Assembly: GCA_020536535.1 (NCBI GenBank)
Contig: JAHLWZ010000193.1
Coordinates: forward strand, 1-64,000
DNA from: Pelomyxa schiedti
Taxonomy: Eukaryota; Protista; Evosea
DNA: 64,000 nt
Reading direction: 5' to 3'
Part shown: piece after piece, positions 11,477-24,600 of the stretch
Numbering within the stretch: position 1 is the stretch's first letter
Layout of the letters: every line of letters begins with the position of its first letter
Translations under genes and position numbers: made by a program
Notes under the pieces: generated by a model
Database searches by the model: none
Seen by the model: the letters and a program-made list of their open reading frames with translations, nothing else
Told to the model about the DNA's origin: nothing

Positions 11477-14400
11477 ATGGTGCTACGTTTTGTGGGCATA
11501 GTAACTGTCGTGTGGTTTTGTGCAGCAGGACCATGGACAGGTGCGCGAGGTCGGGTGATCGTCTCGATGGGTGGGAGTAAGTACTTTGGAGACGACGGAT
11601 CGAAGATGTACTCGTCAGTTACGCGGCCGGGGGCCGTTGGGGAGTGGGAGCAGTACTGGCAACCGGGGCTGGCCTACGGCGGCACCAAGGACGACTCGTC
11701 CTCGTCTTTTTGTATATCGGCGAGGTCGTGTTCGTCTGACAGTTGGTGCGTCTACCCGTGCTCCTGCTTCCCTGACCTCGCGGATTCTTTGGACTGTCCA
11801 TACCGTATGTGGGCTTTTTTTTTTTTTTTTTTCGCCCAGTTTTTGTATTAAGGGACATCTAGCGTATCCAATGGTTAATACTACTGTGTGGAGTCCTATG
11901 TGGCCGGAGGCTATGAGTGGCGAGTATGACAACGTCACGTTTGTTGTGCTTAGGGGAAATCCAGATGCACTAAACTCGACTTATTTTGGGGGAGTGTACA
12001 TTGTCCAAATGACTGCCACTGATCGTACGTTGGGGGTTAATACCAAACGAGTTTTCCCCGATTCTGGTCACAACTGCGATTTATCCACTTTGCTCAGTGT
12101 ACCAATCGTTCAACAGTTCAGTGACTCGACCATTCACTGGGTTGTGGTGTGTCAAGGCATTTTGTATTGGTACGAGATGTCAACAGAGGCTGGATCATCG
12201 TTTTACCCTAATTCAACTGTACCACTGCTGGCTCACCCTACCTCATTGCTTCCGTCCAGATTTCTTACAGAATTTCCTTCAATATTAGCCGTGGGTGCTA
12301 CATGGGTCCAGTGGTTCTCTCCTGAATATAGTTCATACCCATACAATGTCACTGTTACTGAAGGTGAACTTATCTTCGCAGCCTCGCATCTGGGTATCAG
12401 TTTTCTTGATCGTTTTCATTTTTCTCACCTGGGTGTAGATACGGCCAGCGTCATCACATGTTCTTCAAAGGATGGAAAAGTGTTTATCAAACTCCATTTT
12501 TGTGATGGCAAAAACTTTAATTGGGTCTCTCAAACACTCTATTCGTGGGATGAATCAACTGAGGTCTGTGCACTCACTGTGGATGACCTGCAGGAGTCTG
12601 TTCCACTTGACGACATGATAATATGTATGACGTCTAACTGGCTTCATTGGCTGGTGAGAGACGAATCATATGACTGGCAGGTACATTGACACTGACATTG
12701 TTTTAGCCACCTAATTTAATAGGTATACAATGAGAGTTTTCCATCCAGCCACCCGTCCCTTACTATTATTGCCTCGAAGTACTTTGTCCAATATTCTTTT
12801 TTAGCTGAACGTTACTTAGAGATCAGCAGACCTCGACTTACTCCTTGCTTCTTGCTGATAACTACACATTTTCGGAGATTTATCTTGAATTTTCCAGTTG
12901 TACCGACTTCACAGATTCTTCCCACTGTGTATCACAAGGGTGCAGCTGGTGCTTAAATGTCTGCCTCGATGAATGTCCAGACTGTTCAAGTTACAGCGAC
13001 TCAGACAGTTGCCAGCTGTTGTCTCTTCATCCTTTCCTCTAACCTGCTGATGCACTCAATAGGGATCATTGCGTATGGTGTGATCAAACTTTATCATGCC
13101 AGCAATATTGTACTGTATGCAGTGCTTTAGAGGTTGGCACCTGCAGGTGATTACTCTGTCCTCTTTTCTTTCGTTTCTATTTACACTGCTTCCAGTGTTA
13201 GTGGTTGTATGTGGAGCGATGAGTTGTCAACCTGTATGGCCCTTGAGGACTGGTGCTATTCATGTTCAGGAACCAAGTGCGAATATCCTTGTTTGACCTG
13301 CAACTCAGATATTTGCTCTGCAATTCAATGCCAAAACTGTTCAAATATCACTGAAGAAACCCACTGTTTAAAAAAGTAGATCCTATATCACTCTCCTAAT
13401 TGTGACTCTCGTTCCTAAGCGCAAATTTGTGCACCTGGTGCTCTTCTCTTCAACAATGTCAGTCCAATTCAGCTTTCTCCTCCTACGCTTGTGATTGCTC
13501 CCACGATAGTACTTGCAGCTCTTCTGGCTGCTTTTTAAACACTACCGTCAAGCAGTGTTTATCACGATGTCTAAACCACTCTGCCTATAGCAAGGCATCA
13601 TTTTTTTCTACGTACATTCAGTCTGCTCATTACTCTGAAACCACTGATATTGTCTTTGATGATGATGGCAGTATGACCCTCCTCAGATTTATGTTGCTCA
13701 CTTCTTTTGGCAGATTCTTATATCCTTCATAGAGAGGGGGATGCTCCTCTCCTTCTGAAGGTAAACCCAAGTGGAGAGGTGATACAGTCACCTAAAACCT
13801 TCGATAGAACTGGTTATGGCAAGGCCCTTGCACTTGATCCGGCCACAAGATTACTTTACGTAGTTGGTTCTGGCCAGAACGTGCCTCTTCTCACTGAAAA
13901 TGCGCCGCAAGGACTACTACAATCCATTGTGCCGTCCACTGTTGATGCTGCAATCCTCGCCTATGATATTGATGTAATGAATATTGTTTGGAGTGTGAGA
14001 TGGGGAGGACAGAGTTCAACTGAAGAGTTTATGGACATCGTTGTGATTGCAAATAAATACCGGTATCTAAAGACGTTGTAAAAAGAAACGTAACATGAAA
14101 TGGCCACAGAATTCTTGCAGGAAATGTACCATGCGATTTTCAAATTTTGTGGGGCTCATGTGCTAACTCTTGTGGAACCTCAATGAGTGGTCTTATCCTA
14201 ATTTTTGACAATTCAAATGACTGGAACATGCTGCATTGCGAATATACACCCAGTTACCTTCAATTTCGATCGTCTCCCCACTTATCGTATACTTTAGCCA
14301 CCAGTGATACTGTTGCTGTTACTTTAAACTCCCTTTCTGCCAAAGACAACGACGGTTCTCTTTCTGTTGCCGCTCTCGGAACTGTGCAGACTAGTAATGA

Positions 14401-17400
14401 TATTGACTGTCTTGTTCTTCTTATCTCTTCAGCTGACGGATACAACTTTGTGTCTCATTATACAATATTTGGAAGTGATGTATGGGAATATGGCAACCAC
14501 TAATGAGCTCATCATTGGACAGCAAATCGATTCTTGTTCAAAAATATGGGTAGAAAAAGATATTGCCTATATATCAGGTTCTGGATATGCCGGCTTTGCG
14601 GGGATGCAGAATGGCAAATCTGTGTCGAAGTTCCCTGCTACATTTGTGTCCATGGTGAGATGTCATGACCAAGAAAATTCATTAATTCCTGCAGATGAAC
14701 ATGAAATGGTGGGAAAATAGTTCCCTTCCGCAGGCTGGGTTTTTCATTAGTGGTCTCTCTGCAATAAATGATATTGTCGTATGGCAGGACTATCTATACT
14801 TTGTTGGATCAGAGTCTTCTAGAGGCTTGGAGGCTGCCACTGTTGGTAAGACATAAATTATCAACAAACCTCTATTAACACACGTAGGGCGGTTTGCTCT
14901 GGGTGATGATGGCAGGCTATCTTCTGGACTTGTGGATACGAAAGAGAGCTTTTATTCCAGTGGGTCAAGTTCATTTTCTGACCTATGTGTTGGAACCCGG
15001 ATTTACACGGCTGGTTCCACCACAGCATCTGACTTTATCACAACGTCTACCTACCTCTCAGACGGTATTTTTCTTTCTTCGTTCGTGAGACTGATTATTT
15101 GCTAGGTTTCAAATATGCCCTCATTGTTCTTGCAATTTCTACTGAAGGTTTACTCATTATTTCCTAAATACTCTATCTTAATTAGCTAGAGTCAAACTTC
15201 TGTGTTCCAGTCTTTCCGGCATATCCGGAATCAACAACTGAAATCTTCTTATACTATAACGAAAATAGCAGTGAGCCGGTGATTTACTGGTGTGGTGATT
15301 TACGAACTTGGTGAAAAGTCTCAATTTACCAAGGCCCGTTGTCAAATTTGAGTGGAGCGAAGCATATATGGGGAAGCCCTGCAATTCTTGCGTGAACTAT
15401 ACTGTACAAATTTCGAACCACAACGGCATTACAAATGTACAAACGTATCACTAAAATAAATCTAACAACCTTATTCAGATTTCTGCTGGAACAAATCTTA
15501 CTACTACATATACCTTCCCACTAGAAGAAACTTCATACTGGAGTTGGCATGTAAAGGCTTGTGACAGCTCTACTTGCACTTCATCACTTGAGTCCTCCGT
15601 TTCACTAACTATTGGTGAGTTGTGAAGATATTTGATCTCTTTCTTCTTGGGAGCTTACTTTATTAGAACCACATAAATGGAGTACCGACTTAGCTGATGA
15701 AGGTTGGGCCTCATCTTGGAGTGGTGGCCAAATATCCTTTCCCTCTAATGATGGCACTGACACTACTTTTCTTCGCTTTACTGCAACTGAAGAAACGGAC
15801 TCGTTTGAAATAAATTTTTCCACAGACCACTATCTTCTTGATGTTGGCACTACATGGTAGGTCCAATTAAGTGAAAAAACTTGCAGTTTACATTTCTTAG
15901 GATTTCTCTAAAGATAAGAGCCCTGAATTGTAACAACTTTAAGGTGCTTCTTAACTCATATTCTTCCCATACCAACTTTAGAGTAGGAGGGACCAATTCT
16001 ATTTTTACGTGATTACAACAATAACTATACTCTGTGGAATGCTTCAAGCTCCTTCATCCCACTGGGTGGAGAATGGTTATTCTCTATAAGAAACCAAAAT
16101 ATTTACTTTTCATTAGGTACACTATCTGCTTTCCAATGGATAGAAGTGTAATTACCGTATTCAATTGGGAAATGGATTCCTCAGATGAGTATCAGTCTGC
16201 ATGGACAGTGAAACTTACTCTCTCTGGGTTTCTGAATGATACTGAGGGAGATTTTATGGTGGAGATTGACGACTTCTTCCCGGTTGCCCACTGCGTTCCA
16301 TGTATACAAAATTGGTACTTGTAAAGACAGAGTACCTGAACTCTTCCAGATCTTGGAAATTCTTCTGAGGACAGTGAAGAGGGGCTTTCAAAAAACTCCT
16401 CAGAAGGTATTGACTGGAAAATGCTTGTGGAGATATGTGTACCAGTTGGTGGTGTCACTGCAATTATCATCGTTGTAGGCAGTGTGACAATAACAGCACT
16501 TGCATGTCGACGATTCAACAAGTAGCAACTAGATTTTTACCTTAGTGTAACTCTTGCTAGAAATAAAGAGAATTCAAAGAAACCTGAGCAGGTATGGACA
16601 ACCGGTGTCGAGCTTAATCCTATTGATACCTTCAATGATACTAACTCGATGTGAGTGTACAGTTTCCTTCACTTTCACTTATTTTTGTCAGTTTGGTGGA
16701 ACACTCTGCCTTCCCAATTTCGTTCGACGATTTTACATTAGCCTTCCAATATTCTACAAGACAAGCTCCAGTAGGAGAAAGCATCAAGCAGGATTTAACG
16801 TTGACAAATAACTCCGATTCTAAGTTCACCATTAAGTTCTTCCCACCAGAGAGGTAGTCACTCATTCTTTGCCAAACCTCAAATACTCTGCAGTGCCAAA
16901 GTGTCCTTTAACTTTGACCCTGTTACAGTGCTTCTCAAACCAGTACGTAAATGTGTCTTGGTTTCTTGCTTATCGTCACCCAAGGGAGAAGAAATGGTTG
17001 TTACTGCTACTGCCTTGATAACTTGCACAACAAGGCTAGATATGTATCTAATTGCTGCTGTATCACCACATAGTACTTGGAAGGATCCAATAAAGCACAC
17101 AAAAATACCTGTTGTATTGGAATCCAAGCTGTCAGCCAAGCTAGGTACTATAGCCTGCTGGAGTTATCTCCTAACAGAATCAAAGATCCAGATGAATTCG
17201 TTGTTTTCACCCCGGCAATTGGAGAAGGTAGCTTTGGTTCTGTATACAAAGGAGAGTGGAGAGGTCAGCAGGTTTGTTTCCGCCACATTCAACTCAAGAC
17301 CAACCTGTACAATAAGGTAGCAATCAAGGTTCTCAAAAATCAGTCATTTAATGATGCATCGGTGAAAGCAGAATTCGAGCACGAGGTGGGAGTCATGGAG

Positions 17401-18763
17401 TCTTTCCGTTCACCCTATATTGTTCACTTTGTAGGCATGGTGTCCTTTTACCATCATTTTCTTTGACATGATGGGTAGGGGCTTGTCACATACCTGGGAA
17501 ATTAGCTATTTTAACGGTTTTCATTCATGCTTAGCCTGTAACTAAGCAGAGATAGGAATTTATTGCAAATGGAAGTTTGCGATCCTGCTACCTCAAGAAT
17601 ACATTATCTCTCCCCTTTAAGGTAAAGTGCCTTTTAGATGTTGCCAGAGGTATCCATTACAACCAAGACATGCATTCCACTTATGTACCCCAGGAATGGA
17701 TTACCTTCATCGATCTGCAATTTTACACAGGCACTTTACCTTAAGGGGTTTTTTTCGATCTCCCTTATTTTACTTAGAGACCTGAAACCTGATAATGTAT
17801 TGATGTCCGCTGTAGATTTAACCTCTCCCGTGGCTTGTAAATTGGTTTGCCCTCAGGAGACGTGTACATCAATTTCATAACTGGCCAACAGATCGACTTT
17901 GGCACCACTCGAGATATTAACGTGTCACAAGCAACACAATTCTACACAAGAGGAGTCGGCACTCCCGTTTGTATGCTTTCGTATTCTATTATTACACTGG
18001 TTTACTTGTTTTGTTCAAGATATGGCCCCTGAAATTCTGGATAATGGGAAATACAGCCAAAGTGCTGATGTATTTAGGTAGCCAAAAAACCTCTGTTACC
18101 TGGTAACTGTACGTCACCCCAATTAGTTTTGCAGTTACATTTTGGTCACTTCTCACTGGATTGGATCCCTATGTGGAATCCCGGTTTTCCACAAGCTGGA
18201 AAATCGCGGATTTCATCATTAAAGGAAACGTAGGCCCACAATACTCTCCCATAACCTCACTCTGACACGATTTGCAGAGGCTGGCCATCCCTGCTGACGC
18301 CCCAGCTGATCTTTCTGCACTCCTCTCCAAGTGTTGGGCAGTGGAACCACACGAGAGGCCCAAGTTCTCAGCAATTGTTGTGCAATTGGAGACCAAGTGG
18401 GTGGACTTGATGCAAGACAAGCGGCTCAGGAAGCAAAATCCATTAACCCGCAAGAAAGTAGAACAACCACAGCTTGCCCCTGTTCCGGATACAGAACCTG
18501 CCCCTCTCCCAGAAGAGGGTGGGGTGGCCATGGAGAACCTGATTAAGAAGAATCCGAATGATGGGAATGACACACCTCAAAACAATCACCAAGATGGAAG
18601 AAGCACTCCTGATGTTGACCTTGGGAATCCCCCTGAACCTAAGAAGCCAGGGAAAAAACACACCCATCATCACCATCGGAGACACCACAGGCACAAGGTT
18701 GCTGATTCTGATTCCAGTTCTGGCTCTGCTGGCAATAGCAGTGATGACGATTATGATAAATAA
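11477..18763 (+). CDS. Receptor-like TKL Ser/Thr kinase, paralog A (≥20 exons). Domain order: signal peptide; large Cys-rich ectodomain with possible β-propeller-like repeats; TM helix (~16440-16520, ICVPVGGVTAIIIVVGSVTITALACRRFNK); MSP/PapD-like juxtamembrane module (~16650-17150); kinase domain (17200-18450); His-rich tail (HTHHHHRRHHRHK).
   Basis: Signal peptide MVLRFVGIVTVVWFCAAGPWTGARG. First intron has a gtatgt donor at about 11808 and a T18 tract. Kinase motifs were assembled across introns: IGEGSFGSVYKGEWRG | VAIKVLKN | GMDYLHRSAILHRDLKPDNVLM | IDFGTTRD | YMAPEIL | KCWAVEPHERPKF. The exon-by-exon architecture matches paralogs B and C. Confidence 0.8.
11813..11832 (+). repeat. Poly-T homopolymer (about 18-20 nt) in intron 1 of receptor kinase A.
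   Basis: Run of T at 11813-11832 directly after the gtatgt donor. An analogous T-run sits at the same intron position in paralog B (41375-41392). Confidence 0.9.
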
Positions 18764-18855
18764 ACACAACCATTTTTCTGTTGTTCTTGCTTTTTTCAGT
18801 TGATTACAAAAAAGGCCAAAAAAGTTTAATTTAGTAATTTGACTTTCTATTTGTT

Positions 18856-20527
18856 TCAAACGTTGATGGTGTAGAGCCATACAACACCAGAAGAATAGGC
18901 GGCAACAAATACTTCATCATTGCCGTCACCATTGATGTCATACACGTCAATTCCAGCAACTGTTCCAGACAGTTCAGCGACTGTATTGGTTGTGTAGGCC
19001 CAGTTTGTTGGGTCATTGCTATTGGCAGATAGAATGTATAGGTTCCCACCATCATCACCAGGGAGTGCAATAAGAGGTTTATTGGATCCGTTCTGTACAA
19101 CACCTGTATGCATCCGCGTGATTATTCAATCATATTATTAAACACTTCTAGGAGTAGATACATACGTGCTGGACCTGGTGCCATTCGGCCTGGAATAAGG
19201 CTTCCATCATCAAACCCGGAGGCAATTTTGTGCCTGGTCCACTCGGCGGTGCGAAATCTATTGCGGGTAAGGATTGGAGCGTGATGGCGGGCTAGAGTAC
19301 TCGTCAGGAATTTCGTAAATGAACACATTGCCTCCCGGTTTATTTTCCTCCGAGTCAGACATTAATAAATCGAGTCTACCGTCATTATTCATCTGGAGTA
19401 CGATAAGAAGACATTGTGGGAGAAGCACTACGTCATAGAGAGCCATGTCAAATGGACAAATTCCAGTATCGATAGTGCGGCTATGTACCTAATTTGATTC
19501 AATCTCTTTTTCTCGTTTTTCATGCTATTATTATACAGGAAAAATATCAACTCACTGCTGAACTGTTTAAATACTGCCCGTTGTCTGCCCAGTATATCTT
19601 GAGAATTTTGCCAAAGAATACACCGGCAATAATCTTTCCATATTATTCTCTTTTAAGAAGTAGCGTGGGATTTACTTCCAGAAAGCCGTCATTATCGAGG
19701 TCATACAAGCGGAAAAATGTATCGCATGACTCCATCCCACTATCTAGGATATGTTCAACCCATTTCTTGGTTCTCGTGGTAAGTGTATTTGTATTTCTCC
19801 AGGTTACATACAGTGCCATCATTCACCAGGTATACCATCGCCGCATCGGTGCCAAGCAAAGTGCTTTGCTTTGCACGGCACGTCAGAATTCCCTTCTCCC
19901 TAGGACAGATTAAATCATACTGGAAGGCAGGAAGAATACCCATCAGAAACCAAGTCAATAGGCTCTGCACGGTGATAGAAGAAGTCTGTCTTTTCTTTTG
20001 TCATCTCAGTTATACTTGCCGCAGTCGTGCCAGTGTTGTTGACCCACCATACACCTCCAGTCATCATACCAGGTACAAGGAAACCATTGGGTACAAATAT
20101 CCCTGGTGTTGGGAAAATATCTTCAGCATCACTGACTTCATTGGGCCAAGGAATGGACTAGGGAGGAAATTAGAGGGAAACAATCAATTTTTGTGGATTA
20201 CATCAGTATTTGCCAAAAGTTGTGGGACACTTGAACCAAAGTTGTTCATGTCCACGTTTCTCACTGTGAACACACCATTTTCATCCCCAGAAGTGAACTG
20301 TCTACACCCCGAATTAAAAAAAAAAGTTGTCAAGAACGCCCACTTAATATCAGAAGAGGGAGATACGTGATGAACAAATCATAAGAAGAAGAGTCCACAC
20401 TGGGCAGAATGGTGAGGAAACCAGCATCAGGCATGGCGAACGAGCCAAGCGTTGTACTACTCCATCCCCAACAAACTGGCAATAACAGCAATGAAACTAC
20501 AACAACTGCAAGGGAAAGGGAGCCCAT
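18856..20527 (-). CDS. Secreted FG-GAP / β-propeller repeat protein (integrin-alpha-N-terminal-like repeats), multi-exon.
   Basis: N-terminal signal peptide MGSLSLAVVVVSLLLLPVCWG (20527 downward). FG-GAP-like Ca-binding motifs DINGDGNDEVFVAAYSSGVVWLY and NNDGRLDLLMSDSE. A 44-nt intron (gtaatcc…ccctag) was verified near 20170-20215. Confidence 0.7.
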
Positions 20528-20872
20528 TTGCTGCTGGGTTCGAAAATGAACTTTTTTCGAAAAGTGCCGGTGCGGGGAAAGAGGTCAACAAGAAGAGGAA
20601 GAGCAGATTTTTCTGATTCGCAGGGAGCCCCAAGGGAAATTCTGGGGTTGTTCGTAGGGTCGTTATGCACCATTGGCGGAAAAAGGGAAACGTGCGTTCC
20701 CGGAACTCGGAAATCCACTGTCTAGAGTCTTTGGAACTGCTCTCTCCAGAGCCGGACCAGATGAGGTTCGTGGGTGTGTTCTGAATGGCGCAGAAGAGTG
20801 TCGGTCAGTGCAGCTAAGTCTGCTGAGCCCAAGTTTTCCTTGATTGTTCTTGGAAACAATTGTTTGTAACCG

Positions 20873-21390
20873 TTGATGGCGGCTCGGTCTGGTGTTGTAC
20901 CCCCAGCGGCGTCGTCAGCCAAGCACGACGGCAGATCTCTTAAGGACAAATTGGTCGCGTTGTCGCACGCCCAGGTGGCAGAAGCCGTTTCAGATGCACT
21001 GGAGACAGTCCCACCCTCCCATGAGCTATTCCCGGGGCTTCCAATAGTAGAGGTGCCCGAGGTCGTAGTCTCGCCCGCCGAGCCCGACGCGACCAAGCTT
21101 GCGGAGAGGAGCGCCGCCAAGTTGAATCTGTCAAAGATTGTTGTCAGTGCTGATCCAGATCCAAATTTGGTGTCGGACGATTTTGGAGACAGAAGCGTGG
21201 CGAGCGGTTGTTGGGCCCACAGGGTTGCCAAGGTAATTTCATTTCGGCACCCAATGGGGATGTCTCTTTAATTATGGTTGTCAAGTGTCACTTTTGTTTT
21301 AGTTTCCAATGATGTTGGCTCTGTGTGGTCTTGCTTTTCTCGTTGGCATTGCTGGTGGTTTTAAATTTTATTTGATGGCTCACCTGTAGC
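20873..21390 (+). CDS. Hypothetical small tail-anchored protein (two exons; C-terminal TM FPMMLALCGLAFLVGIAGGFKFYLMAHL). Strand assignment uncertain.
   Basis: Plus-strand ORF 20873..21271 can splice (donor AAG|gtaattt at ~21231, acceptor tttag|TTTCC at ~21302) into a hydrophobic terminal exon ending 21388-21390. A competing minus-strand ORF 20722..21231 has an S/T/A/G/L-biased composition typical of antisense reading of GC-rich coding DNA. Confidence 0.3.
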
Positions 21391-21639
21391 GTTATTTCTT
21401 TTTTTTTTTTTAGATGTATGAGGCAGATTCGGAGGATCTTCCACCATTCCCAGCAGCTTTTTTTGTGATACGTAGAGATGTGTTATCTCGGTCTTATGTA
21501 AAGCGATCATCCTTGATTGTATTAGAGCTACATGTTGGGGGTTAGGTCCAATAAATTTCTTCTCTCTGCTTTTCACAACAACTCGATACACCGGGAAAGT
21601 AAAACTTAAGCAACACACAGTTGAGAAGCAAGATTGCTC

Positions 21640-24600
21640 CTATCATTTCCGCACGTCAGTGACTTCTGGCACAATTGAAAAGATCGATAAAGGCACTGCT
21701 AGGCATATATATTATCCTGCTCGAACCATACAAGATGCCAAAGCAATTTATGGTTCTCTTCTCAGAGAAAAGGTAAAGTTAGAAAACTGTTTAATTTTTA
21801 TTGTGTTTGCAGACTTCAAAAAGCAACAAATATAAGAAAATAATGTTGGCTCTCTCTAACGTGGGGACTATCACAGGTTTCCATTTCACTGGTCCCTTTT
21901 CCCTTAAAATCTTTCCTAGGTAGTATTTCAACACTCCCAGTAGCTGTCCGTGACTTGCTTGTTCTCTTATACAACGAATCCGTTTTGCAACTTTGTCAAA
22001 AGGAAATCCAACTTTCAAAGCTGTCTGCACCACAAATAGACAAGGCTCTTGTGTGCCTTAGCAAATTGCAACAGGTTACCCTTCTTTCTTGGCTGTACAC
22101 AAACCCTTGTCCCTATTAAGGCAATTTCCTTGCATGAACCACTTGATGAAGCCACAGCCCAGCAGTTATCAACAGAATTTTATTCTAACTTACCTCTTCC
22201 CAACCACAAACAAGTGGTAAGAATTCTCCAGTCGGAAACTTTGTAATTTTTTTTCAAGGTCATAACCTCAAGTGATAGCCTTCTTATGTGGTTAGATACA
22301 CTTCAAACAATTCGGGATTTTTCCAACTTCGGTGAAAGTTCTTTTGACTTCACTGGGCGATTGAACGATGTTGATATGTTGTATCCTTTTTAATATGGAC
22401 AATTTATAAGACACCCAAGTACCTTAACCCCCAAGATACTACTCTCTCGACTGTAAACTCGAGCCTCTTCAATTTGATTCCTCTGAGTACATTTCTATCT
22501 GTGAAATGGTTTCCAGACATGCACCCTTGAATATTGGAAACATATTCCATGTATCAAGGCACATGGATCTCAGCTCCTTCTCGTCAGAAATGGGAAATGA
22601 AATGCTCCTCTTTCATGGATCGAAAATAGGCAATTGGTTGGGAATCCTTTCTCGAGGGTTGCTCCTCCCACAGATAGTAACTTCAGAGTATGGAGTAAAG
22701 CGTACAAATGCTGGGAATATGGGAGCAGGGCTTTATTTTTCCGACAGTCCACTGGTATCACTTAAGTATACCACTCCTTCTGCCTCCGGCTCCAGGTTAT
22801 TGCGGTATTCTCTGGAGGTCTCTAATTCAATGCTTAGGTATTTACTCATCTGCCGAGTGGCCCTTGGAAAAGTTCACATTTTGACGAACTACAATTTATC
22901 TCTGGTTGCTCCCCCACATGGGTTCAACAGTTGTCATGGCGTCAAGAGCACTTATAATTTAACAAGTGATTTTGACGATGATGAGTATGAGCAATCAACT
23001 TACATTAGGGGCTGTTCCCTTTTCATGTAATTCTCAGATATGCTATCTACACACCTGCTCAGCAATACATCCAGTATCTAGTTGAAATAAAGGGATACCA
23101 ACCGACAATGTTAGCTTCATCGACGAAGTCTATGATTTCTCAAGCTCTTGCTGGTATGCGGGAACGGCAGCCTGTATATTGTGCAGACATTCCGGGGCCA
23201 CTTCTTGATGTTGAACCTGTAAGTCATTTTGCACTCTCTTTCATTAAATCTCCAAGGTAACCGAAAAAGCGGGCCTTATCTCAACAAGTGGAGAGCCCTT
23301 GCCACTTGAAAGTGTTAGCCTTCACGCTAAATTGATAGGTTCTTCCATAGAGTCAATTTCCATAACAAACAAGCCTTTTAGACTTGGTTGGCCAGGTCGT
23401 CATACTTCAAGAATATCATAATTCAGGAGACTCCGCCATCCAGGCCAAATATGTCTTTCCTTTGGATGAAAAATCTGCCGTTGTTGGCTTCGAGTGTTTC
23501 ATTAATCGTATTCTTCGTCTTCATTTGTTTTCGCTTTAAACCGTTGCAGACAAACATATAGTGGGTGTGGTGAAAGAGAAAGAGCAGGCGCATAAGGAGT
23601 ATAAGGAAGCCATCGCACGTGGTGATGGTGCATACCTACTAGATGAGGCCAAATCAAATGTCTTTACTGTTTCTGTGGGAAATCTACCACCCCATACCAA
23701 AGTGGTTATCAAGATAACATGTTCGCAGGTTTCTTTTCGATAATCATTAACTATTTCTAGATATCACTGAACTTGGTCTTGAAGGTGATGCTAGAAAGTG
23801 GATTTGTCCAGTTAACCTTGTATCACAGCAAAAACAAGGCGCACTGGCTCAGGTCACACAGGCCTCAACCAAGTCAGTTCATGTTGCACAACATGAGGTA
23901 CTGTCATATGCTTTACGTTTCCTTATCCTATCAGGGAGCGTTTACCATGGAAGTCTCAATAGCGATGCCTCATGTGATTCATGCAATTGAAAGTCCATCA
24001 CATTCGATTCGCTATAAGCAGGCATCCAAGAAGGCAACATTATTCCTATTGGATCATGGTATGATGATTCTGGGTGCTAAAAAAGTGCATAAGAAAAAAA
24101 CCCAGAGGCTCTCAGTAGCGACTTCATTCTTGTAATTCGTCTATGTGATAGCCACACACCATTTATGTGGGTTGAAAAACATCCTTTGTGTATCAATACT
24201 CCTGATAATGAATTGCACGTTGCAATGGTGGCTTTGTATCCCTCTTTGAGTTCTCCGGAGGCACATTCACAATGTTTCCCCTTTGTTTTGTTTTGTGTTA
24301 ATATTCCCAGATACACTTATTATTGATCAATCTGCTAGCATGGCCTCAGCACAATTACAGTGCAAGCAAGTGGCACTGCAATTGCGTACCCTTCATCCCC
24401 CTAGAATTACCGTAATTCTTTGTAGTAAACGGGATACCACCTCTGGCGAACTTCAACCTTGTTATATTTGGCTCTTTCTTTGAAACTCTCTTTCTTTCAT
24501 CAACTCAAAAAACACGACAAACTGAAGAGATTGCTGTGACTACTATTAAAAGCATGGCTGCTGATTGGGGTTCAAGTGTTTTGTGGCCTACTTTAAAATC

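Noticed and set aside
20528-20548. tRNA-like T-arm resemblance (ctgggttcgaaaatg)
   Set aside because: It resembles GGTTCGAAtcc only partly. No acceptor stem, anticodon arm or D-arm could be folded around it, and it lies in the 5' flank of the FG-GAP gene. No convincing tRNA or other RNA gene was found anywhere in the window by eye.
21791-22033. 80-aa minus-strand ORF (…FDKVAKRIRCIREQASHGQLLGVLKYYLGKILREKGPVKWKPV…) that superficially looks like a small basic protein
   Set aside because: The plus strand here carries exons of the vPARP-like gene (the helical-domain motif STEFYSNLPLPNHKQ lies just downstream, with a consistent splice structure). No family was recognisable for the minus-strand ORF.
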